Shown here: positions 1 to 9,854 of the stretch, in pieces | Layout of the letters: each line of letters opens with the position of its first letter | Numbering within the stretch: the first letter of the stretch is position 1 | Virus record (IMG/VR): IMGVR_UViG_3300028558_000027 | Coordinates: 3,420 to 67,419 of that record | Source: a virus | Strand: one strand, 5' to 3' | Length of the DNA: 64,000 nucleotides | Made by a program: the position numbers and the translations under genes | Notes under the pieces: model-generated | The model's database searches: none | Told to the model about the DNA's origin: nothing | The model's input: the letters and a program-made list of their open reading frames with translations, nothing else

Positions 1-516
1 GTATCTAGTCAGGGGATTCGGAGTGGTGCCGGACGCCTTGCGATGTCTAAGGGCTACGTACCAACATCGTCCCGCCTTATATGAGTGAGAGTCTAATCCG
101 AACGCCGCATTCGCTATGGGCACCAAACGGTCGGCAAAATCCTTGGAAGAACAAGCAATATTAGGAGTACACGCGCAGATGTCTCCATCTGCCAAAAGTA
201 ACCCGATCAGCCAATCTCGATCATCCCCTTCTTCGATCGGTTCGTCAGATACCCAGAATTGCTTCACGATGTCGGTTTTTGTCAGCTTTCCAGCTTCAAT
301 CCACCCACGCGCAGTCAAGATCTGATGGTCGCTTGTCGTCCTAAGCTCTTCGCCATTAGTCATACGAATACGGACCGTGTCTTTGATTCCCTGCTGTAGA
401 ACCTCTAGGACTGGATGGAATTCTCCGGTCTCAGTCTGTACAAGAGACCCAGACCTAACGTCTTCGATAGGTACCAATCCGGACCCAGTGCGAACCACGG
501 ATCCTTTAGCAATGCA
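1..516 (-). mobile_element. Intein with LAGLIDADG homing endonuclease in dnaE (partial)
   Basis: After ETYGVM the frame continues CIAKGSVVRT (block A), RTTSDHQILTARGW (block B, TxxH) and WLIGLLLADG (LAGLIDADG-like). Confidence 0.9.
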
Positions 517-3141
517 CATTACGCCGTATGTTTCTGGAACCAGTTCATCAAAAATCTCTAAAACCTCCGAGCTACCAGTAGCTCCACGGGCTCGACGTGC
601 GTACTCGACCAACATGTTGTGACGGCTGCGTCCATCGCCGTCTGGGTCGAGAACAAGAATGTCGAGAGGGCCTGGGCGATCGAGCGCCGTGAATGCCGCC
701 ATGGAGGCGACAGAATCAATCGGGTAGCTCCCGTCCTCACGCTGTGTAGAGAAGTGACTTAGCCACTGCTTCGCGGCCGGCGTGTTGAACTGGAAGACGG
801 TTTCCGTTTTGCCAGTGGCGACATCGGCGAAGACGCCTGCGTCCTCGGGCAGATCCCAGATGTCGTAGAGCTTGCCGTTCAACGGAACCAAACGATGTCC
901 AGGCACCCGCTTGCCACCGATGGTGGTCGAAGCCGGAATCTCCATGCCTGACCTCGACTGAATCAGCTTGATGGCATCGCCCAGATCGTTGAGAGAGTTG
1001 ACTGTGAGGAAGTCCATCTTGAGTCCCCCGACCGCCTCCACCGAAGCCGAGGTGTAGGACGTGACAGGCATCTCACTGACCGTCGTCATCGGGATGAATT
1101 CAGAGATCGGTTTGTTGGCTATGACCACCGCGCAGGCGTGCCGCCCCTTGGACCGAGCGAGACCGAGGCACTTCTGAACGATTTTCCAATCCTCCGGATA
1201 CCTCTTTACGTACTCCTGAAGGGCGACGTCGGTGTCTTTGTGACCGGACTCGATGGACCCCTTCTGGTAGCCTTCGTCATTGTCCTTCCCCATGACGAAG
1301 TCGTAGTCGTCGACACCCTGAGGCGGCATGACGAACTTGCGTGTCCACGCCTCGATGTCAGGAGGGACTTCCTTGTGGAGGAATCGAGCGGTGTCCTTGA
1401 CCGCCATGCGCAACTTCAGGGTGATGTCGACGGAGAGCTGAGCTTGGTGATCGCCGAAACGCTCCTGCAACCAGGTGTTCAACAGCTCGCGCTGTGGCAA
1501 ATCCTGGTCTATGTCCGGGAGCTTGCCAGACCGAACACGGTCCAAAGTAAGGAACCGATCCATCGACAGGTTGTATTTCAGAGGATCGACGTGAGTGATC
1601 CCGAGCAGGTAAGTCAAAAGGAGACCAGCGGCAGAACCTCGACCAGGACCAGTCAGCAAGCCCTTCGACTCGTAAAGCGAACAGCACTCCTCGCCAATAA
1701 AGAAGTAGGGCAAGAGATCGATAGTTCCGTTGTTGTGCAGCAGCTCGATTTCGGCCTGAAGACGCTCGACATACGCCTTGTTCTTCCAGTCCATTCGGCC
1801 GTGCTTCTTGATCAGCTCCATCGTGAACATTAACGAATGGTCTCGCTCGGGAATCTTTGGGTTCTTATGCCACGCATGATCGCAGTAGGCAGGCTCGTAG
1901 AATTTCGTCGGTAGAGATACCGTCGAGTCGAACTTGAAATCCTTGAATCGATCAGCCCACTCGTGGCTGTTTTCCACCCACGACTCGAACGTCGCCGCCG
2001 AGACCCCTAGCGTCGTCTTGAAGTGCTCGAACGACTCTTCCGAGGACTGGCGATGGTAGCTGTTGGAGAAACGCCAATTCCCGGACTGAGCCAGGCGCAC
2101 GTCCTGAACGACCTTCTCCGCGGGAGTGGCGAAGTGACTGTCGTCGGCGACCAAGATCTTGTCGCCGTACTTCTTGGCGAACATCATCATCACCCGGTTC
2201 AGGCCCTTCTGGACATCACCGTCGACTGCCCAAGGGCGACATTCGTTCTTCATGAAGTCTTCGATGTGACGCACGCCAACCAACTCCCGTGGTGGCAGGT
2301 CTTCCCATACACGGCTGTTACAGACGCCGATGAGAGTGGTGTGGCCGCCGTTGTCCTTTCTGGCAAATGCTTCAGCAAGCTCTTCGGCAGACAACTCGCC
2401 AACATTCGTACGGAGACGCTTGCCGGCGTAGTATTTCTGCTTCTTGCCTCCTTCGAGGTCCAGGAAGACGCCCGACACCCAGTTCATATCGCACTTGTGT
2501 GGAAACACCTCGACGAAGAAATTGCCGGGCTTCACCAGGCCGCGCAGGCGCTCATAGTACGCTGTGGCCAGCTCCAGGTTGTCGTGGTCCAAGAGATGTC
2601 GCTGAACCGCCCCGATGAGACAGCCGGTCGTCATCGTTGTGTTGTAGCCGCCCAGCTCCTCCAGGTCGCTCCAAGAGAACAAAGGCTTACGTTCGCTACC
2701 GTGCCGTTCTGCTCTGCCGTCTGCCTTCGAGAGCAGTCGCACCATGCAGGCGTACGCCTCGTAGTCCAAGGCGTGCATCGTGACGTGGTGGTACTTGATG
2801 TACTCTTTGAACGTCCCGTTCGGATAGAGAGCGTATTCCTTGGCTTCTTCGGTCGGGCTGTAGTGACGCTTGGGAATGCCTGCGGCTTTCAGAATGCTGC
2901 AGTCGTCGTCACGCAGATACGCTTCAAGGCCCAGGATCGGGATTATCTTCTGACCCTTTGTGGCCTTCTTGTCGTGCGCGAGGTCGTAAACCTTGCGACA
3001 CGCACCTAGGGTTCCGTGATCGGTGGTGACCAGAGCACCGGTTCCAAGCTCCAGTTCCCGATCGAGAAAGGCATCGGGAGTACTAGCGGAGTCTAGAGAC
3101 TGCTGATGAACGTGGCAGGAAACGTAGTTACGAAAGGGCAC
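1..3141 (-). CDS. dnaE: DNA polymerase III alpha subunit, intein-containing, runs off the window end
   Basis: Not in the ORF track; translated by hand from GTG at 3141. PHP-domain motifs SCHVHQQSLDS and TTDHG; later RGSAAG, LPDIDQD, GRHACA, KMDFL and ETYGVM polymerase motifs. Confidence 0.95.
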   Translation of the reverse strand, partial: MPFRNYVSCHVHQQSLDSASTPDAFLDRELELGTGALVTTDHGTLGACRKVYDLAHDKKATKGQKIIPILGLEAYLRDDDCSILKAAGIPKRHYSPTEEAKEYALYPNGTFKEYIKYHHVTMHALDYEAYACMVRLLSKADGRAERHGSERKPLFSWSDLEELGGYNTTMTTGCLIGAVQRHLLDHDNLELATAYYERLRGLVKPGNFFVEVFPHKCDMNWVSGVFLDLEGGKKQKYYAGKRLRTNVGELSAEELAEAFARKDNGGHTTLIGVCNSRVWEDLPPRELVGVRHIEDFMKNECRPWAVDGDVQKGLNRVMMMFAKKYGDKILVADDSHFATPAEKVVQDVRLAQSGNWRFSNSYHRQSSEESFEHFKTTLGVSAATFESWVENSHEWADRFKDFKFDSTVSLPTKFYEPAYCDHAWHKNPKIPERDHSLMFTMELIKKHGRMDWKNKAYVERLQAEIELLHNNGTIDLLPYFFIGEECCSLYESKGLLTGPGRGSAAGLLLTYLLGITHVDPLKYNLSMDRFLTLDRVRSGKLPDIDQDLPQRELLNTWLQERFGDHQAQLSVDITLKLRMAVKDTARFLHKEVPPDIEAWTRKFVMPPQGVDDYDFVMGKDNDEGYQKGSIESGHKDTDVALQEYVKRYPEDWKIVQKCLGLARSKGRHACAVVIANKPISEFIPMTTVSEMPVTSYTSASVEAVGGLKMDFLTVNSLNDLGDAIKLIQSRSGMEIPASTTIGGKRVPGHRLVPLNGKLYDIWDLPEDAGVFADVATGKTETVFQFNTPAAKQWLSHFSTQREDGSYPIDSVASMAAFTALDRPGPLDILVLDPDGDGRSRHNMLVEYARRARGATGSSEVLEIFDELVPETYGVMCIAKGSVVRTGSGLVPIEDVRSGSLVQTETGEFHPVLEVLQQGIKDTVRIRMTNGEELRTTSDHQILTARGWIEAGKLTKTDIVKQFWVSDEPIEEGDDRDWLIGLLLADGDICACTPNIACSSKDFADRLVPIANAAFGLDSHSYKAGRCWYVALRHRKASGTTPNPLTRY

Positions 3142-3142
3142 A

Positions 3143-3367
3143 TCAGTCTAGTAGCGAAACTCCCATGAGAGTTCGAAGACGCAACACCACACGCTCATAT
3201 TCCTGCTGGGCCGTGCCTTCGGGCAGCATCAACGCCGCCTCAATTACTTTATTTGGGCAACCGTCTGGGTAGCGTTCTAGCAACGCAGCCAGGCTGAACC
3301 CAACCCGCTTGATCGCGACAAAATCAGGCTCGTGAGCAACCTTGGAGCGCATCTCTGCCTCGTCCAT
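3143..3367 (-). CDS. hypothetical protein
   Basis: 74-aa ORF tightly packed in the minus-strand operon. Confidence 0.7.
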   Translation of the reverse strand: MDEAEMRSKVAHEPDFVAIKRVGFSLAALLERYPDGCPNKVIEAALMLPEGTAQQEYERVVLRLRTLMGVSLLD

Positions 3368-3376
3368 TTATGCAAC

Positions 3377-3766
3377 TCACGGGAACTTGATGACCTGTAC
3401 GTACGCAGCGAGGGAAACCCGAATAGCGGCCACGCGCGTGTTCGCGTCGGTTGCAAAGGCGTCGACCTTCGCTAGCTTCGAGTAAGCGTTGGCCAGCTCA
3501 GCGCGTGCGTTGTCGAGCGTAACCTTAGTCAGGTCGCGGGTAGACCGAGACACTTTAAATTCCTCCAAGTCAACCACATCGGCTGATTTAGACTTCATAT
3601 GCGTAACATTGGAGGAGTGGTGCTTGTATGCGTTCTCGTCCGCCTCTACGCGCTCTTCCAATACGGCAATCGCGCTCTTACAGAGCCTACGCTGGCCTTC
3701 GGCGCGCTCAAGAGCCCGTGTCAGATCGCACAGCTCGCTCTCCAGTTCGACTCGGGGAGAGGGCAT
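3377..3766 (-). CDS. hypothetical coiled-coil protein
   Basis: Heptad-rich 129-aa ORF abutting its neighbours. Confidence 0.7.
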   Translation of the reverse strand: MPSPRVELESELCDLTRALERAEGQRRLCKSAIAVLEERVEADENAYKHHSSNVTHMKSKSADVVDLEEFKVSRSTRDLTKVTLDNARAELANAYSKLAKVDAFATDANTRVAAIRVSLAAYVQVIKFP

Positions 3767-4285
3767 TTATTTAGAAACTCCCTTAAGCTTACTGAGAGAT
3801 AAACGTAGATATGAGGCTGCTGCGTCGAGCAGATCTGGCCTATCCCAGAAGTGTCCTATGCCTTTGTTACACGGATCGCACAGAAGACCCCTAATAATAC
3901 CGGTAGTGTGACAATGATCTACAGACAGGTTCTTGTGATCCCTGCGCCCAGAATCTGCACGCAAACAGATTGCGCATTTGCCGTCTTGATCACGCAACAA
4001 AGAGTCGAAGTCATCGAGCGTGATACCGAATTTATTACGTAGCTGTATATTCCTTGCGTATTCAGCGTATCGTCCCGCGTTCCGCATTTTATGCCCAGCC
4101 GAATTCGCTCTCCATTCTGCGCGCAGCTCTTCTGGTTGCGCAGCTCTTCTTGCGCGATAGCGTAGTTTGGTGTGTTCGTTGTGACAAAACTTGCACCAGC
4201 TGCTAAGTCCGTCCTTCATGTTTACATGTCGAGGGAAGGCGTCTCGTTCTTTCTCCTCCCGGCATTTTGTGCAGCGTTTAATCAT
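3767..4285 (-). CDS. Endonuclease VII-family (His-Me) homing endonuclease
   Basis: N-terminal CxxC pairs; CAIC...LSVDHCH...RGLLCDPCNKGIG motif. Confidence 0.9.
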   Translation of the reverse strand: MIKRCTKCREEKERDAFPRHVNMKDGLSSWCKFCHNEHTKLRYRARRAAQPEELRAEWRANSAGHKMRNAGRYAEYARNIQLRNKFGITLDDFDSLLRDQDGKCAICLRADSGRRDHKNLSVDHCHTTGIIRGLLCDPCNKGIGHFWDRPDLLDAAASYLRLSLSKLKGVSK

Positions 4286-4294
4286 CGCGGCGTT

Positions 4295-5065
4295 TCAACT
4301 ATAGTTACGACGCAGAAAGCCTAGAGACACGAACATAGGATCGAAGGTCCCGCCTTCGACTTCGTTGAACATCCAAATGCCGCGCTTCGTGTTGTTACCT
4401 TGAGGCGTTAGATACGCCTCGTCGTGCAGGTACGAAATCCCAGAGAAAAGCGCAATGTTCTGCGTGCTGGGGTGAATTGCGATGTCGACACGCTGGACAT
4501 GCCCCATGACGGCAGAACATTGACGAGTACGAAGAAGAGCTGCCGCAGAAGATACCGGTCTGCCCATTGAACCACTCACGAAGAAGTGGCTGTACTCGAT
4601 GCCGTCGATCTTCACGACCTTGAGAAAGTCGTGGACCTTCCAACCGGCTGCCTTGAAACCGAGATCGTCGACCGAAATGGTTCCCAAGAGCTTCGGATTC
4701 GACTCAGCCTCGCGGGTGATGCGATATTCGTGATTACCGAGCGTCAGGTGGCGGTCCGGCTTGTACTTGTTACGTCGGCCTCGGTTGTAGCTTCTCATGG
4801 GGCTAAGAAGCTTGCCCATCGACTCCTTGCAGTTGGCGATGTCGTCGGCGTAGCGCTTTCCCTCGGACTCAGCCTTCCCTACCGCGTAGGAGTTGAGAGA
4901 GATCAAGTCGCAAAAGTCGCCGATCTGAACGATGACATCGGGTTGCTTTTCAACGATGTAGTTTCCGATCCACGACAGCTGACTGGTATCAACGTCAGGA
5001 CGGCACTGAACGTCGGAAATCACCATGTGCGTACGACCGAGCTTCTTCGACTGAGACTTCGCCAA
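4295..5065 (-). CDS. calcineurin-like metallophosphoesterase
   Basis: ISDVQ, GDFCD, GNHE and MGHVQ motifs. Confidence 0.85.
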   Translation of the reverse strand: MAKSQSKKLGRTHMVISDVQCRPDVDTSQLSWIGNYIVEKQPDVIVQIGDFCDLISLNSYAVGKAESEGKRYADDIANCKESMGKLLSPMRSYNRGRRNKYKPDRHLTLGNHEYRITREAESNPKLLGTISVDDLGFKAAGWKVHDFLKVVKIDGIEYSHFFVSGSMGRPVSSAAALLRTRQCSAVMGHVQRVDIAIHPSTQNIALFSGISYLHDEAYLTPQGNNTKRGIWMFNEVEGGTFDPMFVSLGFLRRNYS

Positions 5066-5162
5066 GAGAGTCCTAACCTCGGTTACAAAGCCACCGAGTA
5101 GGGCGTTGGTCTCGGCTCAACAGGCGCCGAGCTGCCTTAGATTAGGAAGATTGCGACCCGAA

Positions 5163-5753
5163 CTAGTTGAGAGCGGCCTGGACCTCTTCTGCGACTGCCT
5201 CGGGAGCAGTCTCCACAGCGGCCTGGGCTTCGGGAGCCGGCGCCGGCTTGTCGGTAAGGACGTAGACCTCTGCGATCTCGAACGTCCCACCGGTCTCCGT
5301 CGGGAACGAGAATCCCGTCGACTTGCCGAGCAGCTGCTCCTTGAATTCCGGCTTCAGCTGCTGGAAGGGAATCTGGAAGCGCTTCGAGATCTCTGCCCCC
5401 TCAGCATTCACCGTCTTCTCGTACCCAACGAGCAGCGCCTTGTCGTTCACCTCGGAAACAGCCACCACGCGACCATCAGCGATCATCGCATTGAGGGTAT
5501 TGAGTGCGTTCTCCTGCTCCTGACGCTCCTCTTCCTCCTGAATCGCCTGACGAGCGGTCTGGACCTCTGCCTGGCCAACGACGTGAATGACCGCAATCAA
5601 GCTGCGCTCGATATCGGCGAAGCGCTTATCGATCTGGGCGAAACCCTCGTTCACTCCCGTCACCGCCTCAGAGAGAGAATTCTGGAGACCTTTGACGCGC
5701 TCCAGAATCGACAGCTGTTGACCTTGAACCCTCTTGATCGCTCCGCTTCCCAT
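5163..5753 (-). CDS. hypothetical protein
   Basis: 196-aa ORF with an AGGAAG ribosome-binding site, in operon. Confidence 0.75.
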   Translation of the reverse strand: MGSGAIKRVQGQQLSILERVKGLQNSLSEAVTGVNEGFAQIDKRFADIERSLIAVIHVVGQAEVQTARQAIQEEEERQEQENALNTLNAMIADGRVVAVSEVNDKALLVGYEKTVNAEGAEISKRFQIPFQQLKPEFKEQLLGKSTGFSFPTETGGTFEIAEVYVLTDKPAPAPEAQAAVETAPEAVAEEVQAALN

Positions 5754-5789
5754 GTGCTTCCTTTTCTATGCTTTGTGAGTTGGGTGTGA

Positions 5790-6659
5790 CTATTTCTGAA
5801 GTGTTGTTCGTGCGTTCTTTTCGATCTTGGCGGCCTGTTGAGCCGAAAGTGTGTGCGTAGCTGCTGTCATTGCCTCCGGAGAATCCGGAAACGGAACCAT
5901 GCCGGCAGGGCGCTGGATTCTTTGGGCGGTAGTGATCACCTTAGTTCCGTCCGACTTCATGACGACCTTCTTCTGTTCCATCTGGACCGCCACGGGCGGT
6001 CGCCCCGGCTTCTTTTTCGCCGGTGCAGACGGCCTCTGCTGTGCTGCCCGTGGCGCTGGCGCTGCGGTGACTGCAGCCTGCGGCGTTACAGCTTGACGGA
6101 CACGCTGCACGGCCGGTGCAGGTCGCGCGGGCTGCTTGACCGGCGGCGCAGCAGGTGGGGGAGTAGGGGCCCGACGAGGAGCCGTGACAGGCGGCGGCGC
6201 GTCCGGGATCATGCCCTTCTGTCGCATGGACGCGATCAGAATCTTGATTGCTGCGACCTCTACGTCCGAGAACTGACTGACGGGGGCGGCCACGGGAGGG
6301 GCTTCAGGGCGGATGCTGAGAAGCTCTTCGAGGCGACCGCGAATGAACTTGCGATGTTCGCGCTCTACAATCCGAGCGGCAGGAGTCGACTGCGTAAAAA
6401 GAGAAGTACGGCACAGCTCGCGGTAATAGCCCGCAACCTCCAGGCGCTGGTCGACATCCAGCATATAGTCAGTCGACTGCTCTTCGTCTGCCGCCTCTTG
6501 AACCTCTGGCGTCACCAGGCTCTCGACAAACTCGTCTCCCGACGTCTCCTCTGTTACTGGTTCATTGTCGAATTCATCCTGATTAAAAATACCAGACTCG
6601 TCGGAGTCCTGGTCTTCGTCATCGCCGTTAAAGAGTGTGTCCATGAGAGGTACAGACAC
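5790..6659 (-). CDS. hypothetical protein (acidic N-terminus, Pro/Ala-rich linker)
   Basis: 289-aa ORF directly downstream of a GTTTCGCTAC motif. Confidence 0.75.
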   Translation of the reverse strand: MSVPLMDTLFNGDDEDQDSDESGIFNQDEFDNEPVTEETSGDEFVESLVTPEVQEAADEEQSTDYMLDVDQRLEVAGYYRELCRTSLFTQSTPAARIVEREHRKFIRGRLEELLSIRPEAPPVAAPVSQFSDVEVAAIKILIASMRQKGMIPDAPPPVTAPRRAPTPPPAAPPVKQPARPAPAVQRVRQAVTPQAAVTAAPAPRAAQQRPSAPAKKKPGRPPVAVQMEQKKVVMKSDGTKVITTAQRIQRPAGMVPFPDSPEAMTAATHTLSAQQAAKIEKNARTTLQK

Positions 6660-6673
6660 ATGTAGCGAAACTT

Positions 6674-8413
6674 CTAGATTTCACAGACTCCAGAACGACA
6701 ACGACCTTCACTTGCTGCTTCAATCGCGCCCGCTTTGACGTAAGCAACCGCCTCTTCGAGGGAGATCGGGGTCAACGGTTGATTTTCTCGGCTGCCGTCT
6801 GGATAGACAGTCAGGCCTTTCAGCTCGGGCAGAAATTCCATATACAGTTCGCTCAACTCGTCAGCAGACGTGCCCTCGGGCAAATTAATCGTCTTGCTAC
6901 ACGCGTTGTCGAGGTGTCGCTGTGCCGTTCGCTGCATTTCGCAGTGAGCCCGCAACGACAGTTCATGAGCCCCTTGGAAGTGCTTCACACTGCGTCCAGC
7001 AGCAAGGAATTGGCTAAAAAGTGGGTGGACGACAATTTCTTCCTTCAGCTCGTCTCCGTCTCGGAAGCGGCGACGGTAGGCAGGAGCGAACATCGGCTCG
7101 ATGCCCGACGTCACACCCTGAACCATGCTGGTGGTCCCGGTTGGTGCGATGGTAAGAATGGCGCAGTTCCGGATCCCGAACTCGCGAATCTTGGAACGGA
7201 GAGAAGGCTTCAAGGTCTTCGCGAAACCAGAGCGCAGGAACAGTTCCGCGTTGAATCGAGGGAAGCCCCCCTTCTCCTTGGCGAGGTTGATCGAAGCCTC
7301 GTAAGCCTGGTTCTTGATGAAGCCCATCACCTTGTCGACGGTCTCCAACGCAGTGTCTGTCGAGTACTTCATGCCCAACATCAGGAGCATGTCGTGCAGG
7401 CCCATGACACCCAGTCCAATGCGACGGAGCGCGGAGCATTGGTCCTTGATCTCGGGAAGAGGGTAGGTGTTGACCGACAGGACGTCGTCCAGAAACCTGA
7501 CCGCGGTGTGGATCGCCGCCTTCAGTGCGTCGAAGTCGATGCCCTGTGAACCGACGAATCGAGGGAGGACGAGGGCGCCGAGGCAGCAGCAGTCGTAAGC
7601 GGAGAGCCAGATCTCGCCGCAAGGATTGGTGCAGATGAGTTTATCGCTGTACCAGACATTGTTCATCCGGTTAGCGAGGTAGCCGTTGAGAATGCCCGGC
7701 TCGCCACCCCTCAGCGCGTTCTTGACGATCTTGTCCCAAATCTCTTTGGCAGAGACCTCTTTGACGACGCGACCTCCGAAGACGAGAGGGTAGGTGGAGT
7801 CCTTCTTGACCGCCTCGAAGAAGTCCTCGGGGTCCTTGTCGAAAATCACCGAGACGTTCGCGTTGTTGAGCTGGCCCAGGTCGAGCTTGGCATCCAGGAA
7901 TTCGATGACGTCGGGGTGGTCGTGCTCCAGAGCGCTCATCAGCGCCGTGCGACGTCCTCCTCCGGCCTTGATCTCTTCTCCTGCGCCGTTCTGGATGCGC
8001 ATGAGACTGACGGAGCCGGTAGCGATTCCTCCGGTGCCACGAATTGGCGTCCCGCGAGGTCTGATCGAAGAGAAATTGGTACCGATTCCGCCGCCGGTTC
8101 CGCTGACGACGATCGTGTCCGATGCATGGCGGCCCCAAGCTTCACGACTGTCGCCTGTCGGGATCACGAAGCAGTTGAGGAGTTGGCCGCGAGGGCGACC
8201 GGAGCCGTACATGATGCGACCGCCGGGTGCGAAGAGTCCGTCGTAGAGGAGCTGAGCGAACTCCGCCCCGTACTTAGAGATGTCAGCGCCGGTCTCGGCG
8301 GTGGCGACAAAGTTACCAGCCCGCGTACAAGCTTCTCGCCAAGTCTCGTCAGGGTGGATTGCGTAGCGCTTCTGAAAAATCTCTAGACCTAGTCCTGTGG
8401 GCTCAAACGACAT
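6674..8413 (-). CDS. nrdJ: class II (adenosylcobalamin-dependent) ribonucleotide reductase
   Basis: PGGR, LLNCFV, TNPCGE, RRIGLGVMG, IAPTGT, SKTIN and C-terminal CRSGVC motifs; no beta subunit nearby. Start taken at MSFEP. Confidence 0.9.
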   Translation of the reverse strand: MSFEPTGLGLEIFQKRYAIHPDETWREACTRAGNFVATAETGADISKYGAEFAQLLYDGLFAPGGRIMYGSGRPRGQLLNCFVIPTGDSREAWGRHASDTIVVSGTGGGIGTNFSSIRPRGTPIRGTGGIATGSVSLMRIQNGAGEEIKAGGGRRTALMSALEHDHPDVIEFLDAKLDLGQLNNANVSVIFDKDPEDFFEAVKKDSTYPLVFGGRVVKEVSAKEIWDKIVKNALRGGEPGILNGYLANRMNNVWYSDKLICTNPCGEIWLSAYDCCCLGALVLPRFVGSQGIDFDALKAAIHTAVRFLDDVLSVNTYPLPEIKDQCSALRRIGLGVMGLHDMLLMLGMKYSTDTALETVDKVMGFIKNQAYEASINLAKEKGGFPRFNAELFLRSGFAKTLKPSLRSKIREFGIRNCAILTIAPTGTTSMVQGVTSGIEPMFAPAYRRRFRDGDELKEEIVVHPLFSQFLAAGRSVKHFQGAHELSLRAHCEMQRTAQRHLDNACSKTINLPEGTSADELSELYMEFLPELKGLTVYPDGSRENQPLTPISLEEAVAYVKAGAIEAASEGRCRSGVCEI

Positions 8414-8988
8414 TAGGTAGCGGTCACTTTCTGCTGAGCTATACAAAAACCGAGACCCAGCAGAATCGCGTCGGCACGGTCGTTGTCTTTGAGTTTAAGT
8501 CCTAGGTTGTACTTCTCGTTCACCATGTTGACGCTAAGATGTTTCTTCCCAATGCGACCGCGTTTCTTACCGGCGCTAACATCACGATTGTTTTTCTTCT
8601 GCTCGGCACTGAGACGCATGTCAACGACCTTGCGCCATTCGGAAGGATCCATGTACGAAAGCGCAACACGTGGACGCAACGCGATCAAAACCGCCGAGTG
8701 AATGAACTCCAAACAGCGCTGGGTGTTGCGATTGCGGCCCTTGACGGTGTTCTCGATGACAACACGATCGGGAGCGTGCTCGTCTAGTAACGCGAGCGCT
8801 TGCGCAGCGACTTCGGCTGCTGCGTCGATGATATTGAACGGATACTTGGGTGAGCGATTAGGTTCAGCGTTGACGTTGAAGTCGTCGACAAAGACCTTCT
8901 CGGTACCACCGGATGTTATGTAAACACCGTCGTCGAATACGGCCCATCCAGTTTTGGTAGACAGATCTAGAGCAAGTACTCGGGGCAT
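8413..8988 (-). CDS. ruvC: RuvC-like Holliday junction resolvase
   Basis: LALDLSTKTGWA, VVIE, PSEWRK and DRADAI RNase H-fold acidic residues. Confidence 0.85.
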   Translation of the reverse strand: MPRVLALDLSTKTGWAVFDDGVYITSGGTEKVFVDDFNVNAEPNRSPKYPFNIIDAAAEVAAQALALLDEHAPDRVVIENTVKGRNRNTQRCLEFIHSAVLIALRPRVALSYMDPSEWRKVVDMRLSAEQKKNNRDVSAGKKRGRIGKKHLSVNMVNEKYNLGLKLKDNDRADAILLGLGFCIAQQKVTAT

Positions 8989-9028
8989 CGTGAAACCCAA
9001 GATTGCGTTTCACGATGCAGATCCGTCT

Positions 9029-9229
9029 CTACCGAGCCGACTTCACCTCAGCGTAAATAACCTCGTTCTTCTTGAAGGCCTGAACCGGCTTGCCTCCCAG
9101 AATCTGAATGTAAGCAATCGAAGGATCGGCATTAGAGCCGCTCTTGATCACTTGGCCGGGGATGTCGAGAATGTCGACGATCTGTCCACGCTTGTTACGC
9201 ACGATTTCGAGCGCGATGTACGACTTCAT
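9029..9229 (-). CDS. hypothetical protein
   Basis: 66-aa ORF abutting the upstream gene. Confidence 0.6.
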   Translation of the reverse strand: MKSYIALEIVRNKRGQIVDILDIPGQVIKSGSNADPSIAYIQILGGKPVQAFKKNEVIYAEVKSAR

Positions 9230-9526
9230 TTACTCCGCGTCCCCAGTCTCCTTGCCCTTGTCGCCGAGAACGCGACGAGCGAACGCAATCAGCGTCTTGT
9301 TCCGCTTCGTGCCCTCGCGGTAGATCGCGCCCGCTTCCTTCGCGGCTTCCTTCTTCTCCTTGAGATCTTGGTCCTGCTCCTTCAGCTCCATCAGAGCTGC
9401 CTGATCGAGCGAGACCTTCGCGATACGATCGCGAATCTGCGTCTCGTTCATGCCGGCGATTGCCGACTTCTCGTCCTCGTCAAGAATATCGAAAGGGTCC
9501 TTCTTCGGGCGACCGCGTCCTGCCAT
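9230..9526 (-). CDS. hypothetical helical protein
   Basis: 98 aa, strong AAGGAG ribosome-binding site, promoter motif upstream. Confidence 0.75.
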   Translation of the reverse strand: MAGRGRPKKDPFDILDEDEKSAIAGMNETQIRDRIAKVSLDQAALMELKEQDQDLKEKKEAAKEAGAIYREGTKRNKTLIAFARRVLGDKGKETGDAE

Positions 9527-9578
9527 GTGAATCTCCTTTGAATGAATTGTCGAACTAGCAATGATCTAGTAGCGAAAC

Positions 9579-9854
9579 TCAATCATCGAAGATGCTGGTG
9601 AAGGACTGGACGAAGAGAGAATCCTTCTCGAAGACGGAATTAAGCAGGTCTACGTTCACGAGGTCCGGATTTAGGGCACGCAACGTCAACACGCACGCAT
9701 CTAGGCGAGCTAGCGTAATCTTTTCCCCCTCGGTCAAGTCACGGTCCATACCTGCGAGCCGAAAGCGAAGAGGTTGGTCGTTGTAGGCGGAGATCGTGCG
9801 GTCACGGAACTCGGTAATGAGGGCTAACGTCAACTTCGGCATAGGTCCTTTCAC
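9579..9854 (-). CDS. hypothetical protein
   Basis: 91-aa ORF overlapping the sbcC stop codon. Confidence 0.6.
   Translation of the reverse strand: MKGPMPKLTLALITEFRDRTISAYNDQPLRFRLAGMDRDLTEGEKITLARLDACVLTLRALNPDLVNVDLLNSVFEKDSLFVQSFTSIFDD

Noticed and set aside
1138-3009. Plus-strand ORFs 1138-1833 and 2023-3009
   Set aside because: Antisense shadows of dnaE, which the ORF track missed because it runs off the window.
3151-3160. GTTTCGCTAC as a sigma54 -12 element
   Set aside because: No conserved TGGCAC or GG at the -24 position in the copies inspected.
4295-5065. Metallophosphoesterase as the SbcD partner
   Set aside because: 21669-22637 has the fuller Mre11-like motif set and a C-terminal capping region.
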